DNA of 36,121 nt from Burkholderiales bacterium (GTDB lineage: Bacteria; Pseudomonadota; Gammaproteobacteria; Burkholderiales; SG8-41). The stretch lies in assembly GCA_019746155.1 (NCBI GenBank), contig JAIESJ010000090.1, forward strand, positions 1 to 36,121, read 5' to 3'. Under the pieces are notes generated by a model, which was not told where the DNA came from, made no database searches, and saw only the letters and a list, made by a program, of their open reading frames with translations. A program made the position numbers and the translations under genes. Shown here piece by piece: positions 21,888 through 31,185 of the stretch; the first letter of the stretch is position 1, and each line of letters begins with the position of its first letter.

Positions 21888-22718
21888 CTAAGTGCCCGCA
21901 GCAGGCGGCGGGGCTTTGCCCGGGCGGTTCTTGACGAAATCCCATGCCCAGATCACGTAACCGGATAAACCGTAACCCACAAACAGGATGAACAGCATTT
22001 CCGGCAGCGTGCTGGAAAACGTGAGCAGGAACACCATGCCCATGGCAATCGCCACCACCACCGAAAACGGCACGCTCTTGCGCAGGTTGATGTCCTTGCC
22101 GCTGTAGAACTTGAGGTTGCTGACCATGGAAAGCCCGGCGAACACCGTCAGGCCCCAAGCCAGCCACCGCACATCGGCCCCTTTCACCTGGTACTCGTTC
22201 ATTGCCCATACCAGCCCCGTGACCAGGCATGCGGCGGCCGGGCTCGGCAATCCCTGGAAAAAGCGCTTGTCGGCAACGTCGATCGTGGTGTTGAAACGCG
22301 CCAGCCGCAGCGCCGCGCACGCACAGTAAATGAAGGCGGCGATCCAGCCCAGCTTGGTGGAAAGCCACGGCCCCAGCACCGCGACGCTCTTCATCGACGC
22401 AAAGTCCTTGAGCGCCCACACATAGACCACCAGCGCCGGGGCAACCCCGAACGACACCATGTCCGACAGGCTGTCGTATTCCGCGCCGAATGCGCTTTGG
22501 GTGTGGGTAAACCGCGCCACCCGCCCGTCAAGTCCGTCGAACACCAGCGCCACGAAAATCGCCATCGCCGCCTGCTCGAAGCGACCGCTCATCGCCTGCA
22601 CGATGGCGTAGAACCCGGCGAACAGCGCGATGGTCGTGAACAGATTCGGCAGCCAGTAGATGCCGCGCTTCGCAAAGCGCGATTTGATGAAAAGCTTGTG
22701 TTCTTTGGGCTCGTACAT
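21888..22718 (-). CDS. pssA: CDP-diacylglycerol--serine O-phosphatidyltransferase
   Basis: It carries the CDP-alcohol phosphatidyltransferase motif DGLDGRVARFTHTQSAFGAEYDSLSD and multiple TM segments. Confidence 0.92.
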   Translation of the reverse strand: MYEPKEHKLFIKSRFAKRGIYWLPNLFTTIALFAGFYAIVQAMSGRFEQAAMAIFVALVFDGLDGRVARFTHTQSAFGAEYDSLSDMVSFGVAPALVVYVWALKDFASMKSVAVLGPWLSTKLGWIAAFIYCACAALRLARFNTTIDVADKRFFQGLPSPAAACLVTGLVWAMNEYQVKGADVRWLAWGLTVFAGLSMVSNLKFYSGKDINLRKSVPFSVVVAIAMGMVFLLTFSSTLPEMLFILFVGYGLSGYVIWAWDFVKNRPGKAPPPAAGT

Positions 22719-22720
22719 GA

Positions 22721-23365
22721 CTAAGGCAGTGCGGCAAGCACTGATTCAGTGGCGTAGACCCTGTCCCCGACGCTCGCTCGCGGCACAGCGGCAAGCGGCA
22801 GATAGACGTCGACGCGCGAACCGAAGCGGATGAAGCCGTAGCGTTCGCCGCGCGCGAGCTGCTGTCCAGCCTTGGCGTAGCACAGGATACGCCGCGCGAT
22901 CAGGCCCGCGACCTGCACACAGGTCACATCGGCGCCGCCGGGCGTCCTGATCCAGAGCACGCTGCGCTCGTTCTCAAGCGAGGCTTTCGACAGTTCCGCA
23001 TTGACAAATTTACCGGGGAAATACCAGGTGCCGCGAATTTCGCCATCGACCGGGCTGCGGTTCGAATGCGCGTTGAACACGTTCATGAACACGCTCATCT
23101 TGAGCGCTTCGCGCTTGAGGTACGGATCCTCGGTGCGCTCGACGGCAACGATGCGTCCGTCCGCCGGCGACAAGACCACCTTCGGGTCCTGCGGTATGGT
23201 GCGCGGCGGATCGCGGAAAAACTGCAATATGAACAGCGTTGTAACCCACAGCGGCGACGCCCACCAGAAGCCCGCCCAGCCGTTGACTGCGACTGAGGCT
23301 ATCACCGCGATGGCGAGAAACGGCCAACCTTCACGGGCGATGATGGGATGGGGGTAGCTGCTCAT
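22721..23365 (-). CDS. psd: Phosphatidylserine decarboxylase, short (Asd-like) form
   Basis: [16 protein letters not shown]... with the [11 protein letters not shown] self-cleavage GS motif. The stop lies 2 nt before the pssA ATG. I chose the ATG at 23365; the track ORF start (23446) lies inside the repeat element. Confidence 0.88.
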   Translation of the reverse strand: MSSYPHPIIAREGWPFLAIAVIASVAVNGWAGFWWASPLWVTTLFILQFFRDPPRTIPQDPKVVLSPADGRIVAVERTEDPYLKREALKMSVFMNVFNAHSNRSPVDGEIRGTWYFPGKFVNAELSKASLENERSVLWIRTPGGADVTCVQVAGLIARRILCYAKAGQQLARGERYGFIRFGSRVDVYLPLAAVPRASVGDRVYATESVLAALP

Positions 23366-23367
23366 GG

Positions 23368-23453
23368 GTGAAGGGTGAAGGGTGAAGGGTGAAGGGTGAA
23401 GGGCAAGTTGTGTCGTGCTTTTTCCCTTCACGCATTCACCCTTCACGCATTCA

Positions 23454-23454
<1 letters not shown>
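23368..23454. repeat. Heptamer-array hairpin element, copy 2
   Basis: (GTGAAGG)x5 at 23368-23402, a 21-nt spacer, then the same 31-nt arm as copy 1 (CCCTTCACGCATTCACCCTTCACGCATTCAC, 23424-23454). Confidence 0.85.
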
Positions 23455-24555
<1,101 letters not shown>

Positions 24556-24556
<1 letters not shown>

Positions 24557-25047
24557 TAGACTTTCAAAACCCGGTCGCCGCGGCCGATGCCGGAGGCGCC
24601 GGTGCGCACCGTCTCCAGGATCGCGGCGCGGTCGATGGCATTCAGGAAAGCGTCGAGCTTGGCGCCGGTGCCGGTCAGCTCGATCGTATAGTCCTTGTCG
24701 GTGACATCAATGATGCGCCCGCGGAAAATGTCCGCCATGCGCTTCATCTCCTCGCGGTCCCTGCCGATCGCGCGCACCTTGACCAGCATCAGCTCGCGCT
24801 CGATGTGATCGCCGTCCGACAGATCGACCACCTTGACCACGTCGATCAGCTTGTTGAGCTGCTTGGTGATCTGCTCGACCACCTCGTCGGAGCCGGCGGT
24901 AACGATGGTCATGCGTGACAGCGTGGCGTCTTCGGTCGGCGCCACGGTGAGCGATTCGATGTTGTAGCCGCGCGCCGAGAACAGCCCTGACACGCGCGAT
25001 AACGCCCCGGCTTCGTTTTCCAGCAAAACGGAAATGATGTGTCTCAT
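24556..25047 (-). CDS. ilvH: Acetolactate synthase small (regulatory) subunit
   Basis: MRHIISVLLENEAGALSRVSGLFSARGYNIESLTVAPTED..., an ACT domain. Confidence 0.95.
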
Positions 25048-25056
25048 GCTTCTTGT

Positions 25057-26754
25057 TTATACCAGGATCATTTCGGACAAACCCTTGCCGCCGGGCACCA
25101 TCGGAAACACGTTCTCGGTCTGGTCGGTGACAAAATCCAGGAATACCAGGTCCTTCTTGCGCGCGAACGCTTCCTTGAGCGCGGGCTCGACATCCGCGGG
25201 TTTCTCGACGCGCATGCCGACATGGCCGTAGGCTTCGGCAAGTTTCACGAAATCGGGCAGCGCATCCATATACGATTCGGCATAACGGTTGCCGTGGAAG
25301 AACTCCTGCCACTGCCGCACCATGCCCATGTACTTGTTGTTGAGGTTGACGATCTTGACCGGCAGCCGGTACTGCTTGCAGGTCGAGAGCTCCTGGATGC
25401 ACATCTGGATGCTGGCTTCGCCGGTGACGCAGGCCACGGTCGACTTGGGATGCGCAAGCTGCACGCCCATCGCATAAGGCAGACCCACCCCCATCGTGCC
25501 CAGCCCGCCCGAGTTGATCCAGCGCCGCGGCTTGTTGAATTTGTAGAACTGCGCGGCCCACATCTGGTGCTGGCCGACGTCGGAAGTCACGAATGCGTCG
25601 CCCTTGGTGACCTCGTAGAGCTTTTCGATCACGAACTGGGGCTTGATGATGGTGCTCGCGCGATCGTACTTGAGGCACTCGCGGCTGCGCCACTCTTTGA
25701 TCTGCGCCCACCAGCTCTTGAGCGCGGCCTGGTCCGGTTTTTCCCTGGCCGCCTGCAGCTGCTTGATGAGTTCCTGCAACACCTCGCGCACGTTGCCCAC
25801 GACCGGGATGTCGACCCGCACGCGCTTCGAGATCGACGAGGGGTCGATGTCGACATGAATGATCTTGCGCGGCTGTTCGAAAAAGTGCCTGGGATTACCG
25901 ATCACGCGGTCGTCGAAGCGCGCGCCGATCGCAAGCAGCACGTCGCAGTGCTGCATCGCCATGTTGGCTTCATACGTGCCGTGCATGCCGAGCATGCCCA
26001 CGAACTGCGGGTCGGTCGCCGGATAACCGCCGAGTCCCATCAGCGTGTTGGTGCACGGGAAACCCAGCATGCGCACCAACTGGGCGAGCTGCTGGGAAGC
26101 ATCGCCCAGAATCACGCCGCCGCCGGTGTAGATCATCGGCCGCTTGGCCGACATCAGCATCTGGATGGCCTTCCTGATTTGCCCCGCATGTCCCTTGACG
26201 ACCGGGTTGTAGGAGCGCATGGAAACCTTGTCGGGGTAGCTGAATTCCGTTTTGTGGGTCGTGATGTCCTTCGGAATGTCGATCACCACGGGTCCGGGGC
26301 GACCGGTCGCGGCAATATAGAAGGCCTTCTTGATGGTGGACGCGATGTCCTTGACGTCCTTCACCAGGAAATTGTGTTTGACGCACGGGCGCGTGATGCC
26401 GACGGTATCGCATTCCTGGAACGCGTCCTGGCCGATGGCATGAGTGGGCACCTGGCCGGTGAGGATCACCAGCGGAATCGAGTCCATGTACGCAGTGGCG
26501 ATGCCGGTCACGGCGTTGGTCACGCCCGGGCCCGAAGTCACCAGGGCAACGCCGACCTTGTCGGTGGAACGTGCGTAGCCGTCGGCAGCGTGCACCGCAC
26601 CCTGTTCATGGCGAACCAGGATATGCTTGACCTTGTCCTGCTTGAACAGCTCGTCGTAAAGGAACAATACCGCGCCGCCAGGATAGCCGAACACATGTTC
26701 GACGCCCTCTTCCTGCAGGCACCGGACCACAATCTCAGCGCCGGTCAATTGCAT
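25057..26754 (-). CDS. ilvI: Acetolactate synthase large subunit
   Basis: MQLTGAEIVVRCLQEEGVEHVFGYPGGAVL... with the TPP motif GGLGTMGVGLPYAMG. I prefer the ATG at 26754 over 26784, because the predicted promoter would start transcription at about 26781. Confidence 0.93.
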   Translation of the reverse strand: MQLTGAEIVVRCLQEEGVEHVFGYPGGAVLFLYDELFKQDKVKHILVRHEQGAVHAADGYARSTDKVGVALVTSGPGVTNAVTGIATAYMDSIPLVILTGQVPTHAIGQDAFQECDTVGITRPCVKHNFLVKDVKDIASTIKKAFYIAATGRPGPVVIDIPKDITTHKTEFSYPDKVSMRSYNPVVKGHAGQIRKAIQMLMSAKRPMIYTGGGVILGDASQQLAQLVRMLGFPCTNTLMGLGGYPATDPQFVGMLGMHGTYEANMAMQHCDVLLAIGARFDDRVIGNPRHFFEQPRKIIHVDIDPSSISKRVRVDIPVVGNVREVLQELIKQLQAAREKPDQAALKSWWAQIKEWRSRECLKYDRASTIIKPQFVIEKLYEVTKGDAFVTSDVGQHQMWAAQFYKFNKPRRWINSGGLGTMGVGLPYAMGVQLAHPKSTVACVTGEASIQMCIQELSTCKQYRLPVKIVNLNNKYMGMVRQWQEFFHGNRYAESYMDALPDFVKLAEAYGHVGMRVEKPADVEPALKEAFARKKDLVFLDFVTDQTENVFPMVPGGKGLSEMILV

Positions 26755-26787
26755 CACCGATCCCGACCTCAAAAACGGAAACATGGA

Positions 26788-26816
26788 ACATTACCGGTTG
26801 GCGGCACTTTGGTCAA
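26788..26816 (-). promoter_or_regulatory. Sigma70-type promoter for ilvIH
   Basis: The minus strand reads TTGACC, a 17-nt spacer, then TAATGT. Confidence 0.45.
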
Positions 26817-27040
26817 GCAAAATATCCCTGTAAACAGCATGATAGACATGCCGTGCGCCCTCCGCAGCAGACCTTGCTTGCGCCGTGCGGACGATTTGCT
26901 AAGATGCGTCCGACCACGTGCGAAAACACGCATGCAACGGGATGCAGACTGGTCCCGGTTGCATGAGCGGCATGGCATGCATACCCGGACAGACGGAAAT
27001 TTACCGCACACGCTGCTAAAAAACATTCAAGGCGACGTCA

Positions 27041-27610
27041 CTGGCTACCTACAAGGAACTCTCCGACTTTCTCGCTGAAGTAGAACGCCGTGCCTACAAG
27101 CAGGCACTGTTCGCGGTTCGCGACGATCACCTCGCACTGGATATCGTGCAGGATGCGATGCTGAAGCTTGCCGAAAAGTATGCAATGCGGCCACCCGCCG
27201 AATTGCCGCTGCTGTTCCAGCGTATCCTGCAGAACACGATCCGCGATTTTTACCGCCGCCAGAAAGTGCGCTCGCTGTGGACGATGCCGGTGTCGTTGCT
27301 GTTCGGCGGCGGCGACGGCAACGAGGACCATGATCCGCTGGAAACTTTGGAAGTCGAAAACGACTCCAAATTCAGCGAGCCTCCCGCGGAGCAGTTTGAA
27401 AGATCACAAGTGCTTGGTTTTATTGAAAAAGCACTGGAAAAACTGCCTGCCCGTCAACGTCAGGCCTTCCTGCTGCGTTACTGGGAAGGAATGGACGTCG
27501 CGGAAGCGGCAAAAATAATGGACTGCTCGGAGGGGAGTGTGAAAACGCACTGCTCGCGGGCAGCGCATGCCCTTGCCGTAATGCTGAAAAAACAGGGGAT
27601 TGAACCATGA
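27041..27610 (+). CDS. ECF-type RNA polymerase sigma factor; conserved N-terminus begins at a CTG codon
   Basis: Region 2 (ALDIVQDAMLKLAEKY...LFQRILQNTIRDFYRRQ) and region 4 (LPARQRQAFLLRYWEGMDVAEAAKIMDCSEGSVKTHCSRA) are present. The frame is open from the TAA at 27017. No ATG/GTG/TTG occurs before the GTG at 27146, yet the sigma2-like sequence (LATYKELSDFLAEVERRAYKQALFAVRDDH) starts at 27041. Confidence 0.8.
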   Translation: MATYKELSDFLAEVERRAYKQALFAVRDDHLALDIVQDAMLKLAEKYAMRPPAELPLLFQRILQNTIRDFYRRQKVRSLWTMPVSLLFGGGDGNEDHDPLETLEVENDSKFSEPPAEQFERSQVLGFIEKALEKLPARQRQAFLLRYWEGMDVAEAAKIMDCSEGSVKTHCSRAAHALAVMLKKQGIEP

Positions 27611-27993
27611 ATCAACAGGACCATGAGCTGGCGGGAAAAATCGTACAGCACCTGAACTACGGAGCCGAACTGCTCGATGAAGGAACGCGCAAGCGTCTGC
27701 TCGCTGCGCGGAAAGTCGCCTTGTCGCATTACAGGGAGAGGCCCGAACCGGTATGGGGCATGGCCTGGGCCGGCCATGCGGCGGTGCGTTTCGGCGAGCG
27801 TCGTTTCGATGTTCGCCTTCTGATCACGGTCGCCGCGCTGGCCGCCGCGCTGATTGGCGTTATCTACTGGCAAACCCGGTCGCCGGCAAATGACATCGCA
27901 GAGATCGATCTCGGGCTGCTGACCGACGATTTGCCGATCAATGCCTACCTCGACGGGGGCTTCGATTCATGGCTAAAACGCTCATCGCGCTGA
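27607..27993 (+). CDS. DUF3619-like single-pass membrane protein (candidate anti-sigma)
   Basis: Its ATG overlaps the sigma stop (ATGA). It has one TM segment (LLITVAALAAALIGVIYW). Confidence 0.6.
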   Translation: MNQQDHELAGKIVQHLNYGAELLDEGTRKRLLAARKVALSHYRERPEPVWGMAWAGHAAVRFGERRFDVRLLITVAALAAALIGVIYWQTRSPANDIAEIDLGLLTDDLPINAYLDGGFDSWLKRSSR

Positions 27994-28448
27994 TCGTTGC
28001 GCTATGCCTCGTCTTCCCCGTCACCGCCGCGCAGAGTCAGAGTAAGACCGAGCCCAAAAAAACCGGGAAGCCGGCCTGGACGGAGCTCACTCCGGCCCAG
28101 CAGCAGGTCCTCGCGCCGCTTGCGGGAGAATGGGACAAGCTGGACACCACGCGGCGCAAGAAATGGATTGTGATCGCCGAGCGCTATCCGAAAATGAAGC
28201 CGCAGGAACAGCGACGTCTTCAGGAACGCATGAAGGCATGGGCAGCACTGACGCCCGAACAACGCCGCGCGGCGCGAGAGAGATATCAAACAGTGAAGAA
28301 ACTGCCGCCGGAGAAGCGCAACGAAGTCAAGCAAAAATGGCAGCAGTATCAACAATCGCTCGCGCCCCAAGCCGATACGCCGGGCGGCGAACCGGCGGCT
28401 GATAAGCCCGCCTCCGTTCCCGTCGAAACCGCGCCGGGCGCAAACTAG
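27969..28448 (+). CDS. DUF3106-like secreted protein with repeated LTPxQ/RW helical motifs
   Basis: It has a signal peptide (MAKTLIALIVALCLVFPVTAAQ) and repeats WTELTPAQQQVL...RRKKW and WAALTPEQRRAARERY...KQKW. It overlaps the upstream gene by 25 nt. Confidence 0.6.
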   Translation: MAKTLIALIVALCLVFPVTAAQSQSKTEPKKTGKPAWTELTPAQQQVLAPLAGEWDKLDTTRRKKWIVIAERYPKMKPQEQRRLQERMKAWAALTPEQRRAARERYQTVKKLPPEKRNEVKQKWQQYQQSLAPQADTPGGEPAADKPASVPVETAPGAN

Positions 28449-28464
28449 CCGCGGCCGACCCAGC

Positions 28465-28899
28465 GTGGCAAACGGCAACGCGGCGACCAACTCCGGGCGG
28501 GCAGCCAGTCTCGCCAGACGGTTTTTAAGTCTCGTCTACGAAGCCCTGCTGCTCACCGCGGTACTGTTTGCCGGCACGCTCCCGGCCCTGCTTTTGATGC
28601 AACACGCCGCGCCGGTACTCACGCGGCCGCTGCTTCAGCTTTATTTGTTCGTGCTGTGCGGCGGTTATTTTGTGTGGCAGTGGCTGCGCGGCGGTCAGAC
28701 GCTGCCGATGAAAACCTGGCGCCTCAGACTCGTTATGCGCGACGGCACACCGCCGACACTGTACCGCGGCATTTATCGCTATATATTTGCGTCGCTTGGC
28801 CTGGCGCTGTTCGGCGCCGGATTTTTATGGGCGTTCATCGACCGCGAGCGGCAGTTCCTGCACGACCGATTAGCCGGGACACGGATCGTGTCCGTTTAA
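28465..28899 (+). CDS. RDD family membrane protein
   Basis: It uses a GTG start. It contains GQTLPMKTWRLRLV and FIDRERQFLHDRLAGTRIV, with three hydrophobic segments. Confidence 0.7.
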   Translation: MANGNAATNSGRAASLARRFLSLVYEALLLTAVLFAGTLPALLLMQHAAPVLTRPLLQLYLFVLCGGYFVWQWLRGGQTLPMKTWRLRLVMRDGTPPTLYRGIYRYIFASLGLALFGAGFLWAFIDRERQFLHDRLAGTRIVSV

Positions 28900-28961
28900 G
28901 GTTTCAAGTCTAAGGTTTAAGGTTCTCCAGCCTCAAACTTAAAACTTGCAACCTGAAACTA
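28897..28961. repeat. Stop-to-stop imperfect hairpin with TAAGGTT repeats between convergent RDD and lptG
   Basis: TAAGGTT occurs at 28897, 28911 and 28918, and the first copy contains the RDD TAA stop. The opposite arm AACTTAAAACTTGCAACCTGAAAC consists of degenerate complements and ends at the lptG stop. Confidence 0.55.
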
Positions 28962-30032
28962 CCTTCGTTCCTGCCACCATATCATCCCCACCGCCATGCC
29001 GAGGAAAAACAGCGTCGGCAGAACGGCGCTCAGCACCGGCGGCCAGTCATTGAGCAACCCGAGGTGAGCAAACAGGCGATTGAGGAAATAAAATGCGAGC
29101 CCGAGCATGATGCCGGCAAAGATCTTGGCGCCGACCCCGCCCTGCCGGCGCTGGTAGTAAGCGAACGGCAGCGCCAGCACCATCATCACCAGAACCGCGA
29201 TGGGGTACATGAGCTTGGCCCAAAGCGCAATTTCGTATTGCAGCGCTTTCTGCCGGTTCTCCCTCAGATGCTGCGCGTAGGAATACAGGCTCCACGCCGA
29301 CATCTGCTCCGGTTGAACCAGCAGCACGTTGAGCAGATCGGGATCGAGTACGGACTGCCAGCTCTCCTCGGCGGCTGTCCTGACGCTTGTTCTCCTCTCC
29401 CCGAACGTTGTCTGCACCACGTCCTTGAGCACCCAGCGGCGCCCGCCCTGGTAATCACCGCGTTTGGCAAGACTGATCGAGCGCAATCGGTATTGGTCGT
29501 CGAATTCGTAAATTCTGATGCCTCTCAGCGTCGAATCCGGCATGACCTCGAGTACGTTGACAAAACTCCTGTCATCCTTGATCCACAACCCCGAGCGAAA
29601 TTCCTGCGCCACCAGGCCGGTAATCGCCTGTGAACGCAGCCGCTGCGCCCACTGCTCGGAATGGGGGGCGATAAATTCACCGAACAGGAAAGTCAGCACC
29701 GCAAACAGCGCGCCGACTGCCACCAGCGTCTCTGACATACGCACGATGGACACGCCGGAAACGCGCATCACCGTATACTCGGAACTTGCGACCAGCTGCG
29801 CCAGCGCAAACAGTGTGCCGATCAGCGCCGCGATCGGAAATAACTCATAAACATGGTTCGGTGCGGACAGCAGCACGAAGACCATGACATGCCGGAAGCT
29901 GTAACTGCCCCGGCCCACATCCCTGATCTGGTCGATCAGGTCGAAAAATGCAAACAGCATCAACAGCGCCACGAACACCAGCAAAGTGGCGGCAATGATT
30001 TCGCTCATCAGATAACGCCGCAGCGTCTTCAT
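28959..30032 (-). CDS. lptG: LPS export ABC transporter permease LptG
   Basis: MKTLRRYLMSEIIAATLLVFVALLMLFAFFD... (YjgP/YjgQ family). The ATG at 30032 overlaps the lptF stop (ATGA). The track ORF extension to 30311 is rejected. Confidence 0.9.
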   Translation of the reverse strand: MKTLRRYLMSEIIAATLLVFVALLMLFAFFDLIDQIRDVGRGSYSFRHVMVFVLLSAPNHVYELFPIAALIGTLFALAQLVASSEYTVMRVSGVSIVRMSETLVAVGALFAVLTFLFGEFIAPHSEQWAQRLRSQAITGLVAQEFRSGLWIKDDRSFVNVLEVMPDSTLRGIRIYEFDDQYRLRSISLAKRGDYQGGRRWVLKDVVQTTFGERRTSVRTAAEESWQSVLDPDLLNVLLVQPEQMSAWSLYSYAQHLRENRQKALQYEIALWAKLMYPIAVLVMMVLALPFAYYQRRQGGVGAKIFAGIMLGLAFYFLNRLFAHLGLLNDWPPVLSAVLPTLFFLGMAVGMIWWQERR

Positions 30033-31108
30033 TTGATGAAGCGGAAAATTGAGAACACCATCAGGCGCCGATAAAACAACAGCAGCAACAGCACGAACAT
30101 ACAGAAGTGCACGCCCCATAATCCGGTCGCGAAACTGATATGCGACTGGGCTATCCATGCCTGCACAATGGAAAGCAGGTTGCTGTAGACCATGTAAACC
30201 AGCAGCGCCAGCATCAGGTTCATCGAGCGCCCGGCGCGGGGGTTTACAAAGGACAGTGGGATGGCAATGAGCGACAGAATCAGCGCGGACAGCGGCAAAC
30301 CGAAGCGCCACGACAGTTCGGCGAGATTGTCTGGCGTACGCTCGCGCAGCAGATCAAGCGTCGGGGTCGTTTTGGTGGAGGGCGCGCGCCCCCGCATCTC
30401 GTTCGCCTCGATACGCATCGCATAGCGGTCAAATTCGAAAATCCTGTACTCCGCCGTGCCGGGCTCGCCCTCATAGCGCCGGCCGTTGAGCAACACCAGA
30501 AAACGGTCGCCGTTGTCCATCGTCTCCTGAAACCCGCGGCGCGCCACCATCACGCCCATTTTCTGATTCTGGGTCGAACTCACAAAGACGTTGGCCACGA
30601 GGTTTTCCGCGCCCGATATTTCCTCGACGAAGTACACCCGTTCCGCCTGATGCGATTCACGGAACATGCCAGGCGTTACTGCTGACACGTCATCGCGACT
30701 TTCCAGCAAGCGCCGGAATTCCTCAGCCTTGCTCACCGCCCACGGCGACAGCACGATGGAAAGCAGCGCAATGGTGAACACCAGCGGCGCGGCAAACAGC
30801 AGCACCGGACGGATCCAGTCGGTGAGGCCCATGCCGCACGAGAACCATACCACCATTTCAGAGTCGCGGTAGCTGCGGGTCAAGGTCATCAGCACCGCGA
30901 TAAACAACGTCAGCGACAACAGCACCGGCAGATAAGTCACCAGCGTGAGTCCGAGCAGCGCGACGACGCCGGTGGAAGTGATGGTGCCGCTCGCCGCCTC
31001 CCCCAGCAGGCGTACCAGTTGCGTAGTGATGGTGATGCCCAGCAGCACGAAGAAGGTGCCGAGCGCGGCGATCGTGAATTCACGCAGCAGGGATTTGCGG
31101 AAGATCAT
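30029..31108 (-). CDS. lptF: LPS export ABC transporter permease LptF
   Basis: MIFRKSLLREFTIAALGTFFVLLGITITTQLVRLLGEAA... It is divergent from pepA, as in E. coli. Confidence 0.9.
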   Translation of the reverse strand: MIFRKSLLREFTIAALGTFFVLLGITITTQLVRLLGEAASGTITSTGVVALLGLTLVTYLPVLLSLTLFIAVLMTLTRSYRDSEMVVWFSCGMGLTDWIRPVLLFAAPLVFTIALLSIVLSPWAVSKAEEFRRLLESRDDVSAVTPGMFRESHQAERVYFVEEISGAENLVANVFVSSTQNQKMGVMVARRGFQETMDNGDRFLVLLNGRRYEGEPGTAEYRIFEFDRYAMRIEANEMRGRAPSTKTTPTLDLLRERTPDNLAELSWRFGLPLSALILSLIAIPLSFVNPRAGRSMNLMLALLVYMVYSNLLSIVQAWIAQSHISFATGLWGVHFCMFVLLLLLFYRRLMVFSIFRFIK

Positions 31109-31185
31109 CCGGATGCTTTACTTTTGGCAAAGAATGCGCAGATAATCAGGCATATACTGTACCTTATCTGCACAGGAGTTTCAGC

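Noticed and set aside
21731-21934. Plus-strand ORF containing MAWLKKLIRRKYKGFW, preceded by AAGGAAG.
   Set aside because: It overlaps the pssA 3' end antisense and its C-terminal part is Arg/Pro/Gly-rich. The SD-like motif is probably fortuitous, being the complement of the Leu-rich mini-ORF codons.
23366-23446. psd start at the ATG at 23446, which would give an N-terminal KGECVKG...[12 protein letters not shown] extension.
   Set aside because: The extension is simply the translated heptamer repeat. The Psd-like sequence begins at [15 protein letters not shown] keep it as a caveat because that ATG is in frame.
26785-27040. A possible ilv leader peptide or attenuator upstream of ilvI (for example the minus-strand ORF MSIMLFTGIFCLTKVPPTGNVPCFRF).
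   Set aside because: It shows no run of Ile/Val/Leu codons, no terminator hairpin with a U-tract, and no SD. The predicted promoter (26788-26816) would start transcription downstream of most of this ORF.
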